Part shown: positions 1-9,293 of the stretch, in pieces | Layout of the letters: every line of letters begins with the position of its first letter | Position numbering within the stretch: the first letter of the stretch is position 1 | NCBI GenBank assembly: GCA_963677815.1 | Contig: OY782499.1 | Span: 412,408-476,407 of the forward strand | Source: Candidatus Cloacimonadales bacterium | GTDB taxonomy: Bacteria > Cloacimonadota > Cloacimonadia > Cloacimonadales > JAFGVF01 | Direction of reading: 5' to 3' | Length of the DNA stretch: 64,000 nt | Program-made: the position numbers and the translations under genes | The notes under the pieces: generated by a model | Seen by the model: the letters and a program-made list of their open reading frames with translations, nothing else | What the model was told of the DNA's origin: nothing | Database searches by the model: none

Positions 1-388
1 AAGCAGAGTACTCGTATAAGTAAACAGGAATACCTAATTCATCACCAACTCTTTGACCTAGTTTTTTGGAATATTCGATACATTCTTCCATAGATACTTC
101 TGAGATAGGTATCAAAGGGCAAACGTCAGTAGCACCCATTCTTGCATGTGTACCATGGTGTTTTGTCATATCAATAACTTGACCAGCTGTTTTTATAGCT
201 TGGAAAGCAGCTTCGATAACAGCATCAGGAGTACCAACAAAAGTAAAAACAGTACGATTGGTTTCAGCTCCTGGATCGACATCTAAGAGAGTTACATTAT
301 TAACTGAACATATAGAAGCAGCAATAGCATCTAATATCTTCTTATCACAACCTTCACTAAAATTAGGAACGCATTCGATAAGTTTCAT
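1..388 (-). CDS. ftcD: Glutamate formiminotransferase (5' part; gene runs off the window edge)
   Basis: Manual translation MKLIECVPNFSEGCDKKILDAI...LLDVDPGAETNRTVFTF...HARMGATDVCP matches the FTCD N-terminus; GGAGG RBS upstream of the ATG at 388. Confidence 0.92.
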   Translation of the reverse strand, partial: MKLIECVPNFSEGCDKKILDAIAASICSVNNVTLLDVDPGAETNRTVFTFVGTPDAVIEAAFQAIKTAGQVIDMTKHHGTHARMGATDVCPLIPISEVSMEECIEYSKKLGQRVGDELGIPVYLYEYSA

Positions 389-404
389 AAATTCCTCCGG
401 TTAT

Positions 405-1640
405 TTATTTTAATTTTTTAACTTTCACTTTTTCAATTTTTCTTTCAGTAGCTTGAATTACTTGGATTCTAAAGCCTTCAATATTCACATATTGTCCTAA
501 TTTGGGGATTTTTTCAATAGTATCAATAATAAGCCCAGCCAGGGTTTTATAGTTACCTTCAGGCAGTTCTATTTCATATTCATCATTCAAATCATCTACT
601 TCACAATCTCCGCTTATGATATAGGTATCCTCGCTAATTTTGACAACATCTGAGGAATCATCTTCATGGTCATATTCGTCTTCAATATCACCAACAATTT
701 CTTCCATAATATCTTCAAAAGTTACTATACCTGAGGTTCCCCCATAAGAGTCAACGACAACGGTCATAGACTTCTTTTGTTTCTGCATTTCTTGCATTAG
801 GACATTAAGGCTAATATTTTCAGGTGAGAAGTAAGGTTCTCTTAGCAGATCTTTGGCTTTAGCATCAGGACTTAAGTCTTTTTTAAGAATATCGTAAATA
901 ATTAAAATACCCGTAATATTATCTACAGTCTCACAGAATACAGGATAACGGGTGAAACCTTCTTCTCTAACTACTTCAAGAATTTCAGCAAGGGGTGTAT
1001 TTTCTTCAAAACCAATTATATCTCTTCTAGGCACCATAATATCTTCAGCAGTTAAAGTATTAAATTCCAGCATTTCCTCTAGCATTTCTTTTTGGGGATG
1101 GGAAATATTTTTATCTTCTTTAGTATTAGCTAAGAAGAGGGCCAAATCATCTTTAGTCAGATAGGCCAAAGAATGAGGACCAGAGATATTGAATCTTTTA
1201 TATAACCAATCATTGAGCCAAGTTACAACAGCAACAAAAGGTTTTAGAATGTAGTAAGATACTTTCAAGAAGGTAAAAGTCCTTGGGACAATTGAATTTG
1301 AATAGTCTCTGAAAACTATTTTAGGGATGATTTCCCCGATCAGGAAGACTAGAACACCGATAAGTAAGGAAACATATTCTTGTTTAAAAGCACCACTATT
1401 ATGAGCAATGACAGTAGCGACAGCTGCTAACAAAATGTTTACTATATTATTTCCGATTAGAATAGTCCCAAAGAATTTATCAGGTTTTGTAGCAAAATTT
1501 AGGAGTTCTTTCTTACGCCTGTCAATTTTTGCATCTTTTTCTAAGCGTAGCATGTCCAAAGAGACAATACCAGTCTCTAATCCAGAAAATAAAAATGAGA
1601 GCAGAAACAATACAATAAGTACTAGAATATTTAGTAACAT
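405..1640 (-). CDS. Hemolysin-family / CNNM-CBS-CorC transporter-associated protein
   Basis: N-terminal TM DUF21 region (FSGLETG, ILIGNNIVN, GEIIPK), CBS pair (TRYPV, VVDSYGGTSGIVTFEDIMEEIVGDIEDEYD), CorC_HlyC tail. Confidence 0.9.
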   Translation of the reverse strand: MLLNILVLIVLFLLSFLFSGLETGIVSLDMLRLEKDAKIDRRKKELLNFATKPDKFFGTILIGNNIVNILLAAVATVIAHNSGAFKQEYVSLLIGVLVFLIGEIIPKIVFRDYSNSIVPRTFTFLKVSYYILKPFVAVVTWLNDWLYKRFNISGPHSLAYLTKDDLALFLANTKEDKNISHPQKEMLEEMLEFNTLTAEDIMVPRRDIIGFEENTPLAEILEVVREEGFTRYPVFCETVDNITGILIIYDILKKDLSPDAKAKDLLREPYFSPENISLNVLMQEMQKQKKSMTVVVDSYGGTSGIVTFEDIMEEIVGDIEDEYDHEDDSSDVVKISEDTYIISGDCEVDDLNDEYEIELPEGNYKTLAGLIIDTIEKIPKLGQYVNIEGFRIQVIQATERKIEKVKVKKLK

Positions 1641-1662
1641 TTTCCTACTTCTTAATTATAAA

Positions 1663-2730
1663 TTAGTTATTTATTTGTTCATTCTTATAAGCAATTTTTA
1701 GTGCTTCAATGAACTCGTTAATATCTCCTGCCATAATTTGATCAAACTTATAAGATGTCAAATTAATTCTGTGATCAGTGACTCTTGATTGAGGGAAGTT
1801 GTAAGTTCTAATTTTTGCACTACGATCACCAGTACCTACTTGTGATTTCCTGGTAGCAGAAATTTCTGCTTCTTGCTTAGCGATTTCCATATCAAGTAAT
1901 CTTGATCTTAGAACTTTCATAGCTTTATCTTTGTTTTTAATTTGAGATTTCTCATCTTGACAGGTAATTACTAAACCCGTTGGAAGATGAGTAATTCTTA
2001 CGGCTGAGTCTGTTGTATTAACACTCTGTCCACCATTTCCAGAAGAACGATAGACATCTATTTTCAAATCATTTTGATTTATTTCAACATCTACATCGTC
2101 TGCTTCAGGTAGAACAGCCACTGTAATAGCAGAGGTATGAATTCTTCCACTTGCTTCGGTTTCAGGAACTCTTTGTACACGATGAACCCCTGATTCAAAT
2201 CTCATAGTACCAAAAACATTATCTCCTCTTAACATGAAGGTGATTTCACGATAACCACCTTTATCAGTCATGTTTGAAGATAGTATTTCCATTTTCCAGC
2301 CTTGATTTGCCACGAAGTAACTATACATTCTAAAGAGGTCTGCTGCAAAAAGAGCTGCTTCTTCTCCACCTGTTCCAGCTCGAATTTCAACAATAGCATC
2401 CTTATCATCGTTAGGATCTTTTGGAGCTAGCATTTCCTTTAGGGTTTCCGTTAGCTCCTCTAATCTTTCTTCGGATTCTTCAATATCCATTTTGGCTAAT
2501 TCTTGCATTTCTTTATCTTTTTCATGAGCTAACAAGTCTTTAGAGTCTTTAATATTTTGCTCAATTTCTAAGTATTCTTTATGAGTAGTTAAGATATCCT
2601 CTAATTCTTTGAAGCGTTTGGAAATTTTACCATAAACTCTTCTATCTGACATTATTTTTTGGTCATATACTTGTTCTCTTAACTTGGTATGTTCTTCTAT
2701 TAATAATTCTAATTTATCTTGAGGTATCAT
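1663..2730 (-). CDS. prfA: Peptide chain release factor 1
   Basis: [20 protein letters not shown] (PxT motif of RF1), GGQ motif, [15 protein letters not shown]. Confidence 0.97.
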   Translation of the reverse strand: MIPQDKLELLIEEHTKLREQVYDQKIMSDRRVYGKISKRFKELEDILTTHKEYLEIEQNIKDSKDLLAHEKDKEMQELAKMDIEESEERLEELTETLKEMLAPKDPNDDKDAIVEIRAGTGGEEAALFAADLFRMYSYFVANQGWKMEILSSNMTDKGGYREITFMLRGDNVFGTMRFESGVHRVQRVPETEASGRIHTSAITVAVLPEADDVDVEINQNDLKIDVYRSSGNGGQSVNTTDSAVRITHLPTGLVITCQDEKSQIKNKDKAMKVLRSRLLDMEIAKQEAEISATRKSQVGTGDRSAKIRTYNFPQSRVTDHRINLTSYKFDQIMAGDINEFIEALKIAYKNEQINN

Positions 2731-2755
2731 TTTAACTCCTAAATTAATTATTTAA

Positions 2756-2877
2756 CCCAGATGGTGCAGTAGAGCTTTAGTAATACTTCGCTAAAGCTAC
2801 GTATCACAGGCGAAGAGTGCAGATTCTTTTGCAAAAGAATATAGTGCTATTCTCAAAGATCTATTGCATTATTTGGG
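2756..2877. mobile_element. Foldback MITE copy 1 (122 bp) with TTTAA target-site duplication
   Basis: Ends CCCAGATGGTGCAGTAGA / TCTATTGCATTATTTGGG; TTTAA at 2751-2755 and 2878-2882; homologous to the copies at 4347, 21826 and 41785. Confidence 0.85.
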
Positions 2878-3818
2878 TTTAAGTGTGTTAAATTTTCGTA
2901 ATCGGATGTATCAATATCCAAAGCTGATTTCATAGCAATAACAGCACATTCTATCATCTCGTCAGTTGGAGGCTGAGTAGTTATTCTCTGAAGAGCTAGT
3001 CCTGGAAAAGTGAACAATTTAACTAGGGGATTATTAATATTTTTCCCAGAGAATTTTAAAACTTCATAAGATATTCCAGATACTAATGGAATGAGCGGGA
3101 AATGGATTAATAATCTTTGCCACCAAGCTATATCTGCAATCCAATAACTTTGGACAAGTGTATCAACTATTGAAAATAATAAAATTGCGATAAGCATTAC
3201 TAAGAAAATGAAGCTTGTTCCACAACGTGGATGAAGAGTAGTAAACTTTTGAACACTTGCAGGATCTAAGTCCGCTTGTTTTTCCCAAGCATGTACACTC
3301 TTATGTTCTGCACCATGGTATTGAAATACTCTTTTTACATCCTTCAATTTACTAATCGCCCAAACATAAGTTATAAAGAAAATAATCCTTATAGAACCAG
3401 CTAGGAGATTAAAAAGGGCATTGTTTTCCATTTTTTGACTTAAAAAATATGGTACTACACCAAAGAGAAGGATAGCAAAACCAAAAGCGAACAGATAGGA
3501 AAAGAACTCTTCACTCTTTTTCCTCAAATCAGACTTAGCTGCTTCTTTTTCATCAGTATAATCTAATTCATAGCGAGAAGCTGAAAAAGTTAGTGTTTTT
3601 ATACCTATAATCATCATCTCTATTAAGGAGACAAAACCTCTAATAAAAGGTATTCCTAGTATTTTGATTCTTTTTGTTATACTATCAAATTTATCTTTCT
3701 TTAACTCCAAAGAGCCATCTTTTCTTCTTACACAGGTTGCGATATGCTGAGGACCACGCATCATTACGCCTTCTATGACTGCTTGTCCACCAATTGCAAT
3801 CTCTTTCACTTTACCCAT
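2853..3818 (-). CDS. DUF1385 family membrane protein (YqhQ-like)
   Basis: IGGQAVIEGVMMR, FQYHGAEHK and HPRCGTSF motifs; usual position between rpmE and prfA. Confidence 0.88.
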   Translation of the reverse strand: MGKVKEIAIGGQAVIEGVMMRGPQHIATCVRRKDGSLELKKDKFDSITKRIKILGIPFIRGFVSLIEMMIIGIKTLTFSASRYELDYTDEKEAAKSDLRKKSEEFFSYLFAFGFAILLFGVVPYFLSQKMENNALFNLLAGSIRIIFFITYVWAISKLKDVKRVFQYHGAEHKSVHAWEKQADLDPASVQKFTTLHPRCGTSFIFLVMLIAILLFSIVDTLVQSYWIADIAWWQRLLIHFPLIPLVSGISYEVLKFSGKNINNPLVKLFTFPGLALQRITTQPPTDEMIECAVIAMKSALDIDTSDYENLTHLNPNNAIDL

Positions 3819-3840
3819 TTTTTTATCCTTTACTTATTAT

Positions 3841-3875
3841 AAAAAAAACACCACAGGCGTAATGCTACTGTGGTG
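3841..3875 (-). terminator. Intrinsic terminator after rpmE
   Basis: CACCACAG...CTGTGGTG stem with an A8 run on the left, i.e. a U-tract on the minus strand. Confidence 0.65.
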
Positions 3876-3891
3876 CAAAATTGTTAATAAT

Positions 3892-4098
3892 CTACTTTTT
3901 GTCTTTGCTATATTTTTGCTTAAACTTCTCTACACGGCCTGCAGTATCAAGTAATTTTTCTTTACCTGTATAGAATGGATGACATTCATTACAGATAGAA
4001 ACATTGATATCACCAGAAGTAGATTTTGTTTCGAAAGTGTTTCCACACATACAAGTAACTTTAACTTTTTTATAGTTAGGATGGATTCCTTGTTTCAT
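3892..4098 (-). CDS. rpmE: 50S ribosomal protein L31 (Zn-binding type)
   Basis: [13 protein letters not shown]...[16 protein letters not shown]. Confidence 0.97.
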   Translation of the reverse strand: MKQGIHPNYKKVKVTCMCGNTFETKSTSGDINVSICNECHPFYTGKEKLLDTAGRVEKFKQKYSKDKK

Positions 4099-4346
4099 CT
4101 TTAACTCCTATTTATTATCATTAATTATTTATCTATTGCCTCTTACAATTTCGTATTTAACATAAAAATTAGCATCTGCTTATGTGTCAATATTTTTCTT
4201 AAATTTTTATGGATTTAACTATTTGAGACTCACTAACATTAAGTTACAGTCCCATGAAATACACGACAAAAGTATCTATGGACTGACAGCCAGATTCTCC
4301 AAGCTAATCGCTTGCTTTGTGGAAACAAGGAAGCTAAGGACTTAAA

Positions 4347-4507
4347 CCCAGATAATATAGTAGAACTTTATTGAAGAGTGCAGATTATTCTAGCAAAATA
4401 GCTTACAAAATTTTGACGCATATAATATATATATTCGGAGAAATTATGGAAGTTACTTTTGCAGAATAATATAGTGCTATTCACAAAGGTCTACTGCATT
4501 GTTTGGG
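4347..4507. mobile_element. Foldback MITE copy 2 (161 bp) with TTAAA target-site duplication
   Basis: CCCAGATAAT...CTACTGCATTGTTTGGG; TTAAA at 4342-4346 and 4508-4512. Confidence 0.85.
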
Positions 4508-4526
4508 TTAAACTATCCTTGATCTC

Positions 4527-4750
4527 AGGTGCAAGCAAGGATGCTTCCACTCCATAAAGACATCCCTGCTGTCAGATTTTTGTGGAAGTAACAAGGTATG
4601 GACTGACAGCATCCCTGCTGTCAGATTTGTGTGGAAGTAAGGATACTTCCACTCCATACTTTTTGCTGTCAGATTTGTGTGGAAGTAAGGATACTTCCAC
4701 TCCATACTTCTTGCTGGACACGGGTAGGGATACCCGTATTCCCAGTTAGA
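4527..4750. repeat. REP/BIME-like cluster with a ~48-bp tandem unit
   Basis: TGCTGTCAGATTT.TGTGGAAGTAA at 4567, 4616 and 4664; palindromes GGAAGTAAGGATACTTCC, CTGACAGCATCCCTGCTGTCAG and ACGGGTAGGGATACCCGT; related fragment near 4277-4330. Confidence 0.75.
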
Positions 4751-4768
4751 AACTGGCAGCAGAATAGT

Positions 4769-4828
4769 TCTTGATTGTTACTCTCTCTATATAAACCCAA
4801 TGATGATTTGAGAGAGTAACAATCAAGA
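4769..4828. repeat. Inverted-repeat element (family B, copy 1)
   Basis: Perfect 19-bp arms TCTTGATTGTTACTCTCTC / GAGAGAGTAACAATCAAGA; the same arm core recurs at 28786-28852. Confidence 0.75.
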
Positions 4829-4890
4829 TGCAGTGAAAGTTGTGACTATAATCTATATAATAACTTAGCTAAAAAAAATATTGCCTAAAT

Positions 4891-4920
4891 TTGACATATA
4901 AAATAATTTGCATATAAAAT
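4891..4920 (+). promoter_or_regulatory. Putative sigma70 promoter for the 4951 ORF and ileS
   Basis: TTGACA at 4891 followed by TATAAA/TAAAAT 16-18 nt downstream. Confidence 0.55.
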
Positions 4921-4950
4921 ATAATTTTACACTCAAAAGAGGAAATAAGA

Positions 4951-5214
4951 ATGTATAGATTAGATGACAAACATTTAGAAAAGGCCAAGGAGATAGTCCT
5001 ATCAGCACGCAAGAAGAAATCATGTAAAGTGTGTTATGATAGGGGCTATATTGGTGTCAACCAGCAAAATATGGTAGTACTTTGCCATAAATGTGTTGAT
5101 GCAGAGAAAGCGACAGAAGAGTGGAAAAAGTATGTTCTTGAGAACGAAGATTTAAAAGAGCATTACAGTGAATTCTTTGAAGAAGAGGAAGAAGCTTCTG
5201 AGGAAGAAGAATAA
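4951..5214 (+). CDS. Small hypothetical protein with two CxxC motifs and an acidic tail
   Basis: AGAGG RBS; CKVC...CHKC; poly-Glu C-terminus; 28 bp upstream of ileS. Confidence 0.75.
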   Translation: MYRLDDKHLEKAKEIVLSARKKKSCKVCYDRGYIGVNQQNMVVLCHKCVDAEKATEEWKKYVLENEDLKEHYSEFFEEEEEASEEEE

Positions 5215-5242
5215 ATATTAAATCATTTTAAAGGGAAAATTA

Positions 5243-8200
5243 ATGTATAAAAGTATTGATTTAAAAGAATCTCCAGCTCTTTTAGAAGAAAGAGTAAGAG
5301 AATATTGGGAAGAAAAAAACACCCATAATAAAAGTATAGAAAACAGAGAAGGAGCTGAACAGTTTGTCTTCTTTGAAGGTCCTCCGACAGCCAATGGAAA
5401 ACCTGGTATTCATCATGTAATGGCAAGAACCTTAAAGGATTCTGTTTGTCGTTATAAAACTATGCAAGGTTATCAAGTAAAGCGTAAAGCTGGTTGGGAC
5501 ACCCATGGTCTTCCTGTTGAAATTGAAGTTGAGAAGACTTTAGGTTTAGATGGTAAGCCAGAGATAGAAAAATATGGTATAGAACCATTCAATAAAAAGT
5601 GTAAAGAATCAGTTTTTACTTATGAAGGCTTATGGAGAAAGATGACTCAGCAGATGGGTTATTGGGTAGACTTAGATAATCCTTACATAACTTTAGATAA
5701 TAAATATATAGAAACTGTATGGTGGATATTGAACGATTTCTTTAAGAGGGATTTACTCTATAAAGGTCACAAGATAGTTCCTTACTGCCCTAAATGTGGT
5801 ACACCTTTATCTTCACATGAAGTTGCCCAAGGTTATAAAGATGTAAATGACCCTTCAGTTTTCGTAAAGTTCAAAGCAAAAGATATGGATAATACTTACT
5901 TCCTAGCTTGGACAACTACCCCATGGACTCTTCTTTCCAATGTTGCCTTGGTGGTTAATCCTGAAGAAACTTATGTAAAAGTAAGATTGCAAGAAACTGA
6001 AGAGCAGTTAATTTTAGCAAAGGCGAGACTTTCTGTACTTTCAGAAGACTATGAAATAGTTGAAGAATACAAGGGTTCAGAGCTTGAGCATAAAAGATAT
6101 GAAAGACTTTATGATTTCATGGATGTAGAAGAAGATGGTTGGTATATAGGGTTAGCTGACTATGTTACTATGGATGATGGTACAGGTGTTGTTCATACTG
6201 CTCCAGCATTTGGTGCTGATGACTACAATATCGGTATGAAATATAAGTTACCTTTCATCAATCTTGTTGATGGCGAAGGTAAATTCATTGATAGTGTTGA
6301 ACCATGGAAAGGCATTTTTGTAAAAGAAGCTGATAAAGCTATCATCAAGGATATGAAAGAAAGAGAAGTTCTTTACAGAAGAGAGCAAATAAAACATAGC
6401 TACCCACATTGCTGGCGTTGTTCTTCACCACTTATCTATTACGGAAGAGAATCTTGGTTTATCCGTACTTCTCAGTTTAGAGAAGAGTTGATGAAAAACA
6501 ATGATACAGTAAATTGGTATCCTACATTTGTTGGAGAAAAACGCTTCGGTGAATGGTTAAAAAATAACATAGATTGGGCTCTTTCAAGAGATAGATTCTG
6601 GGGCACACCTTTAAATGTTTGGGTGTGTGATGAATGTGGAAAATTAGACTCTGTTGGTTCTATCGAAGAACTTAGAGAAAGAGGATATTATAAAGATGGT
6701 TCAAAAGTTGCAGAAGATATCGAACTTCATCGTCCTTATGTTGATGATATTCATTTAAAATGTTCATGTGGACATGATATGGTAAGAACACCTGAAGTGA
6801 TAGACTGCTGGTTTGATTCAGGTGCTATGCCTTTTGCACAATGGCATTATCCTTTTGAAAACAAAGAAAGATTTGATGGAGAGCTCTTCCCTGCTGACTT
6901 CATCTCTGAGGGTATAGACCAAACTCGTGGTTGGTTCTACTCATTATTAGCTATCTCTACTATACTAAAAGGAAAAGCTCCTTATAAGAATGTTTTAGTT
7001 AATGACCTTATACTTGATGCTAAGGGTATCAAAATGAGTAAATCTAAGGGTAATACAGCAGATCCATTTGAGCTTATGAATAAGTATGGAGCTGACGTAA
7101 TTCGCTGGTACTTGTTATATGTAAGTCCTCCTTGGGTTCCAACAAAATTTAATGAAAAAGGTGTTGCTGAAATCTTAGGTAAGTTTATGGGAACCCTAAA
7201 GAATGTTTATTCATTCTATACCACCTATGCTAATATTGATAATTTCCAGGCAGATAGCCAGAATTTTAATCAAGAAAAAACTGCTGAAATTGATAGATGG
7301 ATAATCTCAAGAACTAACACTTTGATTAAAGATGTTACCGAATATAATAATAATTATGATTTCACTAAGAGTGTTAGAGCTATTCAGGACTTTGTGCTTG
7401 ATGAAGTATCAAATTGGTATGTTAGACGGTCAAGACGTAGATTCTGGTCATTTGAGCTTACTGAAGATAAAAAAGATGCTTATGCTACTCTCAACTTTGT
7501 TTTAGAGACTATTGCTAAGTTAATAGCTCCATTTGCACCTTATATGGCTGAAGATATTTATACAAACTTAACAGGTAATGAATCAGTTCATTTAGAAAAG
7601 TATCCTCAAGCTAATGAAAAAGTTATAGATAGTAAGCTTGAAGAAGAAATGCAAACTATAATCACTCTAGTTGGATTAGGACGTTCTGCACGTAACACTT
7701 GTCAGATTAAAGTTAGACAAACTCTGCAAACTATTTTCGTTCCTGCTTCGACAAAGAATGTTGTAGAGAGAATGACCGACCTTTTAGTTGAAGAGATAAA
7801 TATAAAAGATATCAAATTCATTTCTCGCGATGATGATTTCGTTCATTATGATATGAAACCTAACTTCAAGGTAATGGGACCTAAATTTGGTAAAAGTATG
7901 AAACTGATAGCTAATACTTTACAAAATGAAGATGCTTCTGAAATTATTGCAGCATTTAATGCTGGTAAGTCTTATGATTTAGTTGTGAATAATGAAACCT
8001 TCACCATAAGTGAAGAAGATGTTGCTATCTCTATTCAACAAAGAGAAGGTTATACCTTTGAATCTCATAAAGAATTATGGGTAGCTTTAGATACTAAATT
8101 AAGTCCTGAGCTTATTACTGAAGGTTATGCTAGAGAAATCAATAATAAGATTCAATTTACCAGAAAAGAAAACAACTTTGATATCATGGATAGAATTGAT

Positions 8201-8368
8201 GTATTATATTTTGCTGAAGATGAGTTAGCTAATGTATTTACATCTTATGCCGACTTTATAGCCTCTGATACTCTTACTGATCAGTTTATTAGAAGAGATA
8301 ATAAAGATGGTATGGAAGAATATGATATCAATGGACAAGTACTATATATGAAACTAGAAAGAAAATAA
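5243..8368 (+). CDS. ileS: Isoleucine--tRNA ligase, type 2 (IleRS2) with GIHH signature
   Basis: GPPTANGKPGIHH, GWDTHGLP, WTTTPWT editing motif, EGIDQTRGWFY, KMSKS; 1041 aa with the long type-2 C-terminus. Confidence 0.96.
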   Translation: MYKSIDLKESPALLEERVREYWEEKNTHNKSIENREGAEQFVFFEGPPTANGKPGIHHVMARTLKDSVCRYKTMQGYQVKRKAGWDTHGLPVEIEVEKTLGLDGKPEIEKYGIEPFNKKCKESVFTYEGLWRKMTQQMGYWVDLDNPYITLDNKYIETVWWILNDFFKRDLLYKGHKIVPYCPKCGTPLSSHEVAQGYKDVNDPSVFVKFKAKDMDNTYFLAWTTTPWTLLSNVALVVNPEETYVKVRLQETEEQLILAKARLSVLSEDYEIVEEYKGSELEHKRYERLYDFMDVEEDGWYIGLADYVTMDDGTGVVHTAPAFGADDYNIGMKYKLPFINLVDGEGKFIDSVEPWKGIFVKEADKAIIKDMKEREVLYRREQIKHSYPHCWRCSSPLIYYGRESWFIRTSQFREELMKNNDTVNWYPTFVGEKRFGEWLKNNIDWALSRDRFWGTPLNVWVCDECGKLDSVGSIEELRERGYYKDGSKVAEDIELHRPYVDDIHLKCSCGHDMVRTPEVIDCWFDSGAMPFAQWHYPFENKERFDGELFPADFISEGIDQTRGWFYSLLAISTILKGKAPYKNVLVNDLILDAKGIKMSKSKGNTADPFELMNKYGADVIRWYLLYVSPPWVPTKFNEKGVAEILGKFMGTLKNVYSFYTTYANIDNFQADSQNFNQEKTAEIDRWIISRTNTLIKDVTEYNNNYDFTKSVRAIQDFVLDEVSNWYVRRSRRRFWSFELTEDKKDAYATLNFVLETIAKLIAPFAPYMAEDIYTNLTGNESVHLEKYPQANEKVIDSKLEEEMQTIITLVGLGRSARNTCQIKVRQTLQTIFVPASTKNVVERMTDLLVEEINIKDIKFISRDDDFVHYDMKPNFKVMGPKFGKSMKLIANTLQNEDASEIIAAFNAGKSYDLVVNNETFTISEEDVAISIQQREGYTFESHKELWVALDTKLSPELITEGYAREINNKIQFTRKENNFDIMDRIDVLYFAEDELANVFTSYADFIASDTLTDQFIRRDNKDGMEEYDINGQVLYMKLERK

Positions 8369-8389
8369 ATTTGGAAGAAATTTAGCAAT

Positions 8390-8420
8390 AAAAAAGGGGA
8401 ACTTTAAAGTTCCCCTTTAT
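8390..8420. terminator. Hairpin terminator after ileS (possibly bidirectional)
   Basis: AAAAAAGGGGAACTTTAAAGTTCCCCTTT. Confidence 0.7.
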
Positions 8421-8522
8421 ATTTGGATTCAATTTCAAGTCTGGTGAAAAAAAGGTTCTCTCTCAAGTAGAGTGGGGCGTAGAAAAAAAGAGGAATACTT
8501 GAAGAAGTGGCTTAAGGGAACT

Positions 8523-9164
8523 AATACTCTCCCCGGTCTACACGACCACCCCTCTCAGACGCTCTTACGAGCTGAAAGGGGATTAATCTAACTGGGAATG
8601 CGGGATTCCAGCCCGCGGTTACGCAGGTGTTGTCATTTAGATGGCGGAGAAAATCTCCACCGTCCGACAAATACTCTCCCCGGTCTACTCGATCACCCCT
8701 CTCAGACGCTCTTACGAGCTGAAAGGGGATTAATCTAACTGGGAACGCGGGATTCCAGCCCGCGGTTACGCAGGTGTCATTTAGATGGCGGAGAAAATCT
8801 CCACCGTTCGACAAATACTCTCCCCGGTCTACTCGACCACCCCTCTCAGACGCTCTTACGAGCTGAAAGGGGATTAATCTAACTGGGATCGCGGGATTCC
8901 AGCCCGCGGTTACGCAGGTGTCATTTAGATGGCGGAGAAAATCTCCACCGTCCGACAAATACTCTCCCCGGTCTTCACGACCACCCCTCTCAAACGCTCT
9001 TACGAGCTGAAAGGGGATTAATCTAACTGGGAACGCGGGATTCCAGCCCGCGGTTACGCAGGTGTCATTTAGATGGCGGAGAAAATCTCCACCGTTCGAC
9101 AAATACTCTCCCCGGTCTACTCGACCACCCCTCTCAGACGCTCTTACGAGCTGAAAGGGGATTA
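8523..9164. repeat. GC-rich tandem array, 144-bp unit x ~4.4, built from REP-like hairpins
   Basis: AATACTCTCCCCGG recurs at 8523, 8670, 8814, 8958 and 9102 (period 147,144,144,144); units differ at only a few positions. Confidence 0.92.
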
Positions 9165-9293
9165 TTAACTCTCCCAGGTTAACAACTGATACAGGACTAT
9201 TAAAATGCATCATCCTAGCTGCTACAGAGGAGCAAAATCTTTGTAGATTAAGATGTCACTTAAACCTAAACCTGCAGATGGTTTATCCTAGCT

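Noticed and set aside
4508-4705. 65-aa ORF or mini-CRISPR
   Set aside because: Translation of the 48-bp REP-like tandem; no variable spacers.
4830-5243. T-box leader for ileS
   Set aside because: No T-box consensus seen; the space is filled by a promoter and a small CDS.
8523-9164. CRISPR array
   Set aside because: Whole 144-bp units are repeated with no unique spacers, and there are no cas genes in the window.
8521-9213. 230-aa ORF as a real protein
   Set aside because: It consists entirely of the palindromic repeat, has atypical GC/codon composition and no clear RBS; kept only as an open question.
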